Assembly (NCBI GenBank): GCA_028023455.1
Contig: JAQFVV010000001.1
Location: forward strand, 3,410,001-3,474,000
DNA from: Epiperipatus broadwayi
Lineage: Eukaryota > Animalia > Onychophora
DNA: 64,000 nt
Reading direction: 5' to 3'
The translations under genes and the position numbers were made by a program. Below, piece after piece: positions 38,347-49,510 of this stretch. Under the pieces are notes generated by a model, which did not search any database, was not told the origin of the DNA, and saw only the letters and a program-made list of their open reading frames with translations. Within the stretch, counting starts at the first letter, position 1, and each line of letters begins with the position of its first letter.

Positions 38347-39029
38347 AATACTAAATTATCTATGCTCTTTATTACTGTTTCACAATGTTTTTATTACAAA
38401 TCACTGACAGTTTCGATGCTCCAGCAATTTTCTTCAGAATGTAATTTCTGGAAGTTTTAAGTGATTTTACATGGATACAGGAAAATTGACGGCATGTGTG
38501 GATACGGCTGTTCAGTATATTGTTCCCGCCAGATTACCAGGAACAATAAATTATAATAATTATTCCTCTAAAGCAAACCTTTTTTGATTCATATTGGCAG
38601 TTTAAGAAAAATAAAGATAATAATAATTAATAAAATTTAAATAAAATATTCTATCCAAATCAAAATAGCTTCCAAGACTGTGTCTTGGTTATTTTCGTTT
38701 GGATAGAATAATATTTTTATTTAAATTTTATTAAGAATTATTAGCTTTATATTTTTCTTAAACTACCAGTATGAATCAAGGAAAATTTGCTTTAGCGGAA
38801 TAACTATTATAATTTATTGTTCCTGATTATCTGGCGGGAACAATATACTGAATAGCCATATCCACACGTGCCATCAATTTTCCTGTATCCATGTAAAATC
38901 ACTTAAAACTTTTCCCAGAAATTTCGTTATGAAGAAGGGTTGTAATAAAAACATTGTAACAGTAATAAAGAGCATAAATGATTTAGTATTGTATTATGGA
39001 TTTGACAATACAATAAGAAAGATAAAGTT
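38347..39029 (+). mobile_element. Family D long fold-back + tail element in KLF intron 3
   Basis: Arms of ~320 bp (38347-38678 and 38682-38990) closing on CCAAGAC-TGT-GTCTTGG. Putative tail at 38991-39029. Degenerate TSD ATAACTTTCTGATTTA / ATAACATTCAGATTTA. Confidence 0.8.
38402..38441 (-). ncRNA. Family D minimal hammerhead motif
   Basis: The minus strand reads CATT-CTGAAGA-AAATTGCTGGAGCATC-GAAAC-T-GTC^AGTG. Stem I has 4 bp; stem II is partly decayed. The equivalent segment of the right arm is deleted after TGAAGAAG. Confidence 0.65.
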
Positions 39030-40011
39030 ATAACATTCAGATTTATTGGAGTAAAATAGACAAATCAATTCTTTAAGTCAGAAAACAAGAACAGTAGAAT
39101 TAAAAAAGAATTTACATTAACAGAATTAAAATCAATCTGGTGAAAGACAATTAGAAAGTAGAGCTAGCAAATATTTGATCAAAGTATAGAAAACATTAGA
39201 CTTTTTTTTTTTTTGCATAAAATAAAAAATCAAATTGTGCAAAAATTTGCATTTGAAATGATTAACACTAAATTTTTAATTTAAATCTGAGGTTTTAGAT
39301 TTCAATTTAATTTTGAATAATTCATTTTTGAAATAAATAAATTTTACTGTATTTTACTTTTTCTTAGTAATTTGCATTCAGTGTTATAATGAATGTTGAA
39401 TGTAGATGTTGTGTCCTATTAATTAAAATAAGTTGGAGAACAATCTAGATTTATTATTAAGGATTCATTGCCTAATCTACAAAATTTTATCTATTATACT
39501 TTATAAATGTTTCAGTGATGTCTTTTAAGTAGATTTCTGTGATGTCTTTTTTATGATTTACATTTCAGGGTTTTGATAGACTTCATTCAAATCCTTAAGA
39601 GTTTTTTTTTTTGCCTAAGAACCATTGAAAAATAAATGTGTGGAGTAATTCTTGAAATATTGGATTATTTAGTCTTACTGTATAAGAAAATAAATTATTT
39701 AAAAATAGAAAAAAGAAAATACTGCTATATTTTTGCTTATTAAGAGAATATGATCACTCACTGCATACATATTAATTTATCAATGTAAATTAAAAGTATA
39801 TGCATATGAACATATAAATTAATAGTTACAAACATGTGTAAGTGGAATTAAGACTAAAATATAATTGAAGAGTAAAGATATTTTTATTCTACATTATACC
39901 AAATTATTGAACTTATGAGCATTTTTCTTCATTATTTATGTGTTATACTAATAAAAATTATGAATATATATATAAATTTATATACATGACTATAATGCCT
40001 TTAAGGATTAA

Positions 40012-40221
<210 letters not shown>

Positions 40222-40320
40222 CATTGTGGAAAAAATGCTAATCTCACTCTGATAATGACTCTTATTCTCATATATGTCATTAATACAGAAGGGAGACAAC
40301 AGAAACTTTCATCATTTCGT

Positions 40321-40538
40321 AATCACTGTGTTTTATTATGAATTATTTTATGTGCCAACAATAACGAAAAACTGTTGCCTTTTTCAAAAGATTAGAAGAA
40401 AAAAAACTTTCAAAAGAAATTAGCCATAAATCACTGTGTTTTATTAAAAATTATTTTATGTGCCAACAATAACGAAAAACTGTTGCCTTTTTCAAAAGAT
40501 TAGAAGAAGAAAAAACTTTCAAAAGAAATTAGCCATAA
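40321..40538 (+). repeat. ~108-bp tandem duplication in the proximal KLF 3' UTR
   Basis: The unit AATCACTGTGTTTTATTA...GAAATTAGCCATAA starts at 40321 and again at 40429, near-identical. Confidence 0.92.
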
Positions 40539-42033
40539 ACAATTAAACTATCTATTAAAGGTGGTGAAACATTAGGGGATGCAGGATTAGTCTGCAGATA
40601 AATGTGAATATGTAAATATATATATGCATATGTGTATGACTCATTAAGATGTTAGATATATATCTGATATATCCATTAGAAACCAGTCAACACTTAAACA
40701 ATCCCGATATAGAGAACAAACATTTTTGAAACTGTTGTCAAGGCAACCTCCTTTTAACAATATATGTATGTACACATATATCATTCATTGATATTGTGAT
40801 GAATTCTTTTTTGTCTAATAATTTTTATCATAGTTACCCAAGAATTTAGTTTTTTTTTCCTATAATACATTATTATACTATTTAAAAAAAGTTAAATTTG
40901 AGTTTAAATATTGATCACTTTAAAATGTGACTTCATTTTATTTTTATTAATTCCATAAATAGATGTAATTTTCATAAAGACACAACTCTTATAAAGAATT
41001 AACAGTTACTATAAAATAAAAGTTGAAAATAATTATGGATTTGCTCTGGATTAATTCTCCAAATTCCATAAGTGGAAAAAACATTTACATAAAAAATGAA
41101 CACAGAATAATTTTTTTTTTTAAATTTGAATTTTTGATATATGTATATATTTCCTGAGTATTAATAAAACATTTTATTTTATTACAATATTACTTTACAA
41201 GATCTAATAATAAGGACGTTAATACATAAAGTTTTTCACATGCACTAGTTTGATTATTCCTATATTAAAACTTCACATTAATAAGTTAAGTATCTATTGC
41301 ACTAATAATCATTTGCAGCATAATTGAATGCTAATTATTTTTTTTTTAAAAAAGGAAGGCAAAAACCAGTAATAAAAAATGCTAAAGTTCTCATTCAACT
41401 GTAGCAAAAATATTATAAGAAAAAAATGAAGTGAGTATGTGAATGTATTTTTTTTATATAAAGAATGTGGCTTTTCACAAAAAAAATTATGTATAATAAA
41501 ACTTAGTGAGGAACTATAATTTTCTATCCATAATCATAACTTTGTTAATGATATCCTGAGTAGTATTCATCAAGAATAACTTAAATAAATAGAAATGAAA
41601 AATAAAATGACTTTGAAAGATAGTTCACATAATAACATAATGCTATTATGTGGAATATTTTTCAGTCATTTTTTATATGTTCAAGTGACTTCATTTATTT
41701 TTATTTTTCTGTTCAGGAAAGTTATTCTTGATGAATACTACTCAGCATATCATTAACAAAATTATGATTATGGATAGAAAATTTTCTCTAGAGCATTTTG
41801 ATATAGTTCTTCACTAGATTTTATTATACATTTTTTTTTTTTGTGAGATGCTATATTAAAAAAATATGTTTACAAAATGCTCACTTCATTTTTTTTTCTT
41901 ATAATATTTTGGTTACATTTGAACAAAACTTTTAGCATTTTTTATTACTGGTTTTTGTCTTCCTTTTTTTAAAAAAAACAAACAAAATTAATTCACATTC
42001 TATTATGCTGCAAATTATTATTATGCAGTAGAC

Positions 42034-42489
42034 CAGTGGTCTTCAACCACCGGTGCAGAAGTTTTTTTGTTGGTCCATGCTAGACTGGCAAAAAAGTTTG
42101 TAATAACAAAATAATATTTTAATCTTTTAATTAATATAAACAATTTTTATTTATTTTTTCATCACACTTTTACCTGATTAAAAAAAAAAGAAACAGAACA
42201 AAAACAAAATCTAATCAATCATATATAAATTAATTTGTTTTTCTAGTTATCACGATATTTATGGGGGGGGGGGGATAGAATTAAATCTTTTATTACTTTT
42301 CTAAAAAAAGTTCAAAATTAAAAAAAAAAAAGTTTTTTATTATACATACTTTATATATGTATATAACTTCATCTAAAGCTAAGCTGTTTACATCTTTAAG
42401 AAAATTTATCTATAGACTTTTGTTGGTCCGCGCGAAACCTTATTCTTATTTTTATCGGTCCGCAGGTGTGAAAAGGTTGAAGACCACTG
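42034..42489. mobile_element. hAT-superfamily (Charlie-like) MITE
   Basis: TIR CAGTGGTCTTCAACC / GGTTGAAGACCACTG and a perfect 8-bp TSD CAGTAGAC (42026-42033, 42490-42497). No ORF. Confidence 0.9.
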
Positions 42490-45400
42490 CAGTAGACACA
42501 TAACTTATTAATGTGAAGTTTTAATATATGAGTAATCAAACTAGTGCATGTATAAAACTTCATGCATTGAAGCTCTTATTATAAAGTTCAGTTAGATCTT
42601 GTAAAGTAATACTATAATAAAATAAGTCACATCTGTCTGAGGATTTAAGTTTCATTTTAAAGTAAGCAATATTTAAACTTAAATTTAACTTCTTTTTTTT
42701 AAATAATATAATAATGCATTATAAAAGGGGGGGGGGCAAAAAAAGAATACTAAATTCATGGATAACTATGGTAAAAATTATTATATAAAAAAAAAATGAA
42801 AATTTTTCTTTGGAAAGTTTTACTCTGATAAGTTAAAATAGAATTCATCACGATGTCTAATGAGTGATATGTGTGTACATACATATATAACATATATTAA
42901 TATCTTAATGAGTCATACATACACGTATATTGCCCATCCCCTGGTGTTTCACCACCTTTAATAGATGATTTAATTGTTTATGGCTAATTTCTTTTGAAAG
43001 TTTTTTTTTTCTTCTAATATTTTGAAAAAGGCAACAGTGATTACTAAATGATGAAAGTTTCTGATGTCTCCATTTTTCTGTATTAATGAAATATGTAGTA
43101 ATACATATTCATGTCTGTGTAATGAAGAGACGTGTATGCATATCTCCATTTGTTGAAACTTTAAAACAAGAAAACTGTGATGCTTCTTGTGAGCTGTACA
43201 TTCAAAACCATGAAGAATATTAGTTTTAAGAAGTTAAATAGCCATTCCATTATGAAGTACAAAAATTTTCCCGTATTGGGTCCAATATTTAATAAAATAA
43301 ACACCAGAATTATTTTTTTAAATTTGTATATTGTGTATTATATAGAAAAGATATCTGGTGAAGAAATGTAAAGTACAAAAAATAAAATAGTCTAAATGGC
43401 TAAAGCAGCTGTAAATAATTATAATATGTACAGTTATATTTTTATATTATATAATAAGAGCATTTATAAACTGAATTGTAATCAGCAACTTATTTCTGTA
43501 GATAGAAATATTTTGGCAGCCTTAAGCCCTCCAAAGTGTACAAAGTTTTTAATTTGTATAAATAAAGAAAAAAAAATATGAAAAAAATTATATGTATGAA
43601 TATATATATATGCATATATATATATATTTGTTGACCGTAATGGGATCAGTGGGATAATGCTGGGAGATAGAGTTGGATTGCTATGTGGTTGTATTTTATA
43701 AGGCCTACTTTTTTTGTTTGTAAATTTTTTTGGTTAAATATATATAAAAGGTCTAATGTTAAAAGTACAAAGCTAGATATACGAAAGAACCAATAATGAT
43801 TTAATAAATCACTTTTTTAATATTTATTTTGTTTTCATTTATTGTTATTTAACTAATGTTATAACAAGATATCTTGACTAAATGAGAGTTTATTTGGTAA
43901 AACATTAATTAAAGCAAAGACATATTAAATAGTATTAATGCAGCATTTTGTATAAAAAAAATATTGTTTTATTGCTTTTAGAAGAATTTACCAGATAAAA
44001 ATGAGACCAAAATACAATTGTGTGAAAATTCAGACATACCTGGGATGAGAAACAGAAATTATTATTGTTCTATCCGCAAATACTTGGGGAGAAGGGAATT
44101 AAAAAAAAAATATTTAGGTTATTATAAAAAGTATAGGTTGATTTTTCTGAAATATTTTAATGTTAGACATATTTTGGAAGTTGAAAAGGGAGACAAAACT
44201 CAGGTTTTATATATTTTAAATATCTTGTGCCATTTGATTATATAATGAAAGGATTAATCTGCCTGATCATGTTCATATTATTGGTGGTAGCAATCATTTT
44301 AATTAAAATTTCTCAGATCATGCATGTTATGTAAGTAAAATAAACTCTTTATGTTTTTGATATAATCCTACAAAATATTTGTCAGTATTTAATCATAAAA
44401 GACACTTTTATTTATGTCTTCTGATATTCTTTTTACTACAGTAATTAATTCTTAAGTAGGATATTTTTTATATTGGAACAATGCAGTGCCTTTCTGTAAA
44501 AGCTAAACTGTAACATCGACCATTCTGTTACTATATTTACCGATGGCATATTCAAATCATTTCAATTAAAAAAAAGGCCAGTTATTACTAACTTATCTAC
44601 TTATGAACTTTAAGCCAAACATACCAACATATTGCAAGGCTTTCATATTTTGTTAATATATCTTTTGCGAAATTTGTATAAGTTGATTGTGAAATCACCT
44701 AATTATTGCAATCATATCAAAAATAATAGATGAACGTGTGTAAAGTTACTTTCTGATATGCATTGACTATTCAAGTTCTAAAGGAGTGAGTATGATATAT
44801 AAATGTTGAAAGACATAAGATTGTAAGCGATATTATAAATGTTAATCACTTATTAAACAAGTTGATGAATTACAGTTGTGAGATGCTTTAATACGAAGAA
44901 AAACATCACAAGAACTTCAACTGATATACCATTTAACATGAAAATTGACATTTGATTTAGTTATGTAAGTAAAGTATGTATGGAACAAGTTAATATAACA
45001 ACTGATCTTAACATCCATTCAATGAAAATATTGAATGGGGGAGGGGGATTCAAAAGTTAAAATAATTGCAAGAATTAAGATTAATATTTAGAAGGATTAA
45101 GTGTAATGAACTCTAAATAATTGAAAGATTAAGAATCTATTTATTCACTTCGGTTTTATAATCCAATGAATATGAGGTTTCTATATCAATTTCTACAAGC
45201 TGAAAAACATTAGTTCTATAATCTGACTCAATTTCTCAGAATTTTATGAAGCATTCTTAAATGAATGTACAATGGAGGACAGAACATGTGTATAATGAAT
45301 TTGATAGAATACTGGCCCTATAAACAGTATAACTAATTTATTATGAAACATGTATCAAAAGCTTATTGAAGTTTTTATTTTATTATCCAAATTTATCTTT

Positions 45401-46399
45401 TTATTCAAAAAGCTAACAAGATATTCAATTCACTAGTAGAGTAATGTAAGTAATAAAAAAAGATTCAATCTAACTAAAAGAAATTGTTCAATATTGAATT
45501 ATTTATAGATCATCATCTTAACAATTAGATACCATTTTATTGCTACAAAATTTTCTATTAATTGAGTTAAAGGACTAAAGCAATATATTTAAATATATTT
45601 TACATTATGATAATGCTATCCATTCATAAAGTTCTTTGCTATAATTGATAATATTCAACAATAATTATTGCAGTTTTCCATCTTTATATCAATTTAAACA
45701 TCCTTAAGATCTAAGGACAATTTTATGAATATATGTATTTTTTAAAAAAAATCAATCTGAAGCTGCTATCAGATTTTAAAACTATCAGAACTTGCAGCCA
45801 TATTTTAAGATGACAAATTGCTGTTTTAACTTCATTAAGCTGAATATTTTTGTCCAAATCTAAATGAGTAGATATAATTCATATATGAATTTGTGTAATA
45901 TTATTCAAAATGATCAAAATATTAGGGTTTAAATAAATGTAATAGGATTATGATGTTATTAATCCATACATTAGTTTGTCTCAAAAATTTAAAACAATCA
46001 TAATAAACAAACGATATTTCCCCTCAATTTTTAGTAGATCAATTATTTTTGTCTTTCTGTCAGTCACAGCTGATTTTTAATTCTATAAAATTTCGCACTC
46101 ATTTTGGTAATCGGACAATTCCGATCATTCACTCAAAATATATTCTCATTCTTAAAGTAGTAGTTAGTTGTCTTAAATGAATTAGACTTCTATAGACATC
46201 AACAATTTGTTTTAATAAGTTTGAAAATTTATATTGGCAATTTTAGCAATTAATAACTATAAATATCACAAATGACTTGCTTCTGAAGAGGAGGTGTACT
46301 TTTTTCAATATGTTTGGAAAAGAATTACTCGTTAAATCTGATATTTTAACCTTTGTAAATAATTGATTATTTATCCAACAATTAGCCTGTAAATGCTTG

Positions 46400-46860
46400 T
46401 TTTATATTTTGACTCCTAGCAATAATAACATAGTCATAAGATTTCTTAACTTTGAGCATGGATGCATTCAAATTCCTTTATAGTGATTTTTTTGCCAAAT
46501 ATAGTCAATCATTATATTTGTAGAGAAATTAACTTATTCAAATTCACAAAGTCAATATATTACTCTGAATAATTAAAATTGTACACAGAAATCTGTTTTT
46601 AATGGTATAAATGTAATAACATTGTCCAACAAGAAATAGGATGTTGGAGAGTAAGCACTATAATTGGTTTTGAAAGTATTATGCAAGCCTTTTCTTGATA
46701 TACCCATATCTAAACTCATGCAGTTTCCATTCACTTAATGATTTCTTTACTTGAAGCTCATCCATTCTCTGCTATTACAATCATTTTTATTATCTTAAGC
46801 ATTACATCAGCCACGGCAACCTAATGAAATGTAAGAACAGCTCTTTAGACTACCATTTCT
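46400..46860 (-). mobile_element. Second RTE-BovB-like endonuclease-domain remnant
   Basis: TTGAGCATGGATGCATTCAAATTCCTTTATAG (~46452) closely matches 14880-14912. The flanks are too decayed to translate. Confidence 0.4.
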
Positions 46861-47210
46861 AGATTCATTTACATTTAGAATAGACAAGGAATCTCTAGTC
46901 TAAATGGACTACATATATATGTATGCAGACATTTGCCAAATGAAAGTTGACTCAAATGCAATTCCACAGTGACCGATTATTAATTAAATTGTTTGCTTAA
47001 GATCACAACTAAGAACTTGTCTGCTATGTCAGTCTTCATCATTACTTTCTCAATGTAAAGGACTTGTGTATAGAAATAAAAAAGTTTGAACACTAAATTT
47101 CTGTACATGTAAATAAATAAATATGAAAAATCAATTGCACATTTCCATTGGCACAATTAATCCGATGACTAGTAGAAGGAGGCTCGTGATAATTGTGCTC
47201 ACATTCTAAG

Positions 47211-49247
47211 TCATCATCATCAATCCACTGCAGGGTGGTCTCCAAGTTCAATCCATCTTTTCCTATCTTTAGCTTCTCTTCTCCACAGCACCCCTGCACA
47301 CTTTTCTTATTTCATCCATCCATCTCACATGTGATATCTTTCTGGGTCCTTTACAATCTCTTGGAATCCAGTTTAAAATTTCAATTGTCCATCTGTTATC
47401 ATCTCTTTTAACAATATGTCCAGCCCAACTCCACTTCAGTCTTTTAATTTTTTCAATGAGGTCAGTAACACCTGTTTGTTCTCTTTCCCATACATTGCAT
47501 TTTCGATCCCTTCTTGTTACTCCCAACAAGCATTTCTCCTTACTTCTTTGAGTGGTCTGAAGTCTCTGTATTGCTCTTCTATTAAGTGTCCAAGTCTCAG
47601 ATCCATAAGTAAGAACTGGCAAAACACATTTATTAAAAACCTTCCTTTTCAAACACATAGGCATATTTCCTTTTAGTATCAAGTTATTTCTACCAAAAGC
47701 ACTCCAAGTTTAATTCTATGATTAATTTCATCCATTATATTTCCATCTGTATTAATAATCTGACCAAGGTATTTGTAACTGTTAACTTCTAACTCCTCAT
47801 AATCAATCTTTATTTTCATATTTTGAGAAAATCTATTAAACATTACTTTAGTCTTTTTAACATTTATCTTTAGTCCTACTTTCATCTGATAACTCTATCA
47901 ACATTTCCTATAGCTCTAAAGCATTATTTGCAAAAACAACTACATCATCTGCAAAATCTAAATGACTTAAATAATTTCCATTTACTTCAACCCCTTTATC
48001 TTCCCATTTTAATCCACAAAATACTTCTTGCAGCACTGCTGTAAAAAGTTATGGAGTCACCCTGTCTTACATCCTTTTTAATGTTGATCTTCTTACTATC
48101 ATTATGTAATCTAATAGTTGCTGTTGCATTTTTATAAATATTCTTCAAAATATGACAATATCCTGGATCTACACCTTGATGATCCAATGCTTTAATCACT
48201 GAAAAAATGTTTATAGAATCAAATGCCTTTCATAGTCTACAAATCCTAAGCATAATGGCAACTCATATTCATTTGTCCTTTCTATATTTTCTCTCAATAC
48301 CTGGATATGATCTACTGTACTAAAACCACTTTTAAATCCAGCTTGTTCTCTTGGTTGGTGGAAATCCACTGTTTTCTGTAGACGAGTTGTAATTATCTTA
48401 GTAAAAATTTTGTATAAAACTGATAAAAGACTGATAGGTCTGTAATTTCTAATATCTTCTTTATCACCTTTTTTAAATATTAATACTGCATTCTTCCAAT
48501 CACCTGGTACATCTTTATCATTTAGACATTTGGTATATAACTTTGCTAAAAAAAATTTCTATTTCTTCACCTGCTTCTTTTAATATATCCAATTACAATT
48601 CCATCATTACCTGGAGCCTTCCCTTTCTTCATAAATTTAATTGCATGTCTCACTTCCTCATTCAAAATTCTGGGCAATTCAGAAGATATAATATGTATAG
48701 GAGGCACTTGTTCTTTATTACTATATAATTCTTGATAGAAGTCTTATACACATTTTATGATGTCATCTCTCTTTTTAGTAATAATGCCATCTTTTTTTTT
48801 TATTACAGATATAAATTTCCTACCAATACCAAAATGTTGTTTTACACTCTTTAGACTTTTATTTTCTTCTACAGCTTTCCTTGCTAGTTCACAGTTATAC
48901 TTTTTTATATCAATTTCAACTCTTTTCCACACCATTTTACAAAATTCGAGATATTCAATCTTTTTTAATGCATCATTGTTGTATATCCTCATATTCCTTC
49001 TTTTCTTCATAAATTCTCTAGTCTCAGTAGAAATTTTATTGGTCAATTGCTGCTTTTTTCTACCAGCTATCTTTGTTGCAGTTTTTAAAAGTGTATCGCT
49101 TATTTTTCTATTAATGTCATTCAAATCTGAATCATGTTCAAAATCTACTAATACTTGAAACCGATTTGTAAGTTCTAATTTAAATTCATTAGAATGTTTT
49201 TGAAGATTAGGAATATCAACTGTAAATATTGTTTTTATAACTTTTGG
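47211..49247 (-). mobile_element. RTE-clade LINE copy 2 (same family as copy 1)
   Basis: ORF-track peptides CVLPVLTYGSETW, LKWSWAGH, YKYLGQ, VRQGDSI. High nucleotide similarity to 4560-6733, and an (ATC)n tail at 47211-47221. It lacks the U2 insert, which shows the empty site TACTAAAAAGAGAGATGACATCATAAAATG. Confidence 0.95.
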
Positions 49248-49510
49248 ATAAAAAAAAAATATCTATGAATAATTAAAATGTTTTCTTGTTTGTAAAATAA
49301 AATGCTAGATCATCATAATCTAAGTATTATTTCTAACAGAAATGATTATTTTTATGTTAGATATTTTCTTTTATTTTACTGACTGTATCTAACATAAAAA
49401 TGATCATTTCTGTCAGAAATAATACTTAGATTTTGATGATCTAGCATTTTATTTTACAAACAAGAAAACATTTTAATTATTCATAGATAATTTTTTTTAT
49501 CCGAAAGTTA
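49238..49510. repeat. ~125-bp-arm hairpin at the 5' truncation point of RTE copy 2
   Basis: Arms 49238-49363 and 49386-49510 are nearly perfect, with a 22-nt loop. Confidence 0.88.

Larger units (their letters stand above)
40269..43095. repeat. ~2.8-kb imperfect palindrome immediately 3' of the KLF stop codon
   Basis: Colinear inverted blocks: 40277-40329/43036-43090, 40479-40581/42935-43038, ~40760-40930/42650-42890, ~41170-41285/42500-42625, ~41290-41480/41840-42030 and 41521-41582/41718-41780. The centre is near 41640. Confidence 0.9.

Noticed and set aside
41294-41303. TATTGCACT resembling the miR-92 5' end inside the palindrome arm
   Set aside because: Only 9 nt match; the rest of the mature sequence and a local pre-miRNA hairpin are absent.
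45650-46200. Possible APE-domain remnant (SDH.PI-like near 46110, minus strand)
   Set aside because: A single weak motif with no supporting neighbours.
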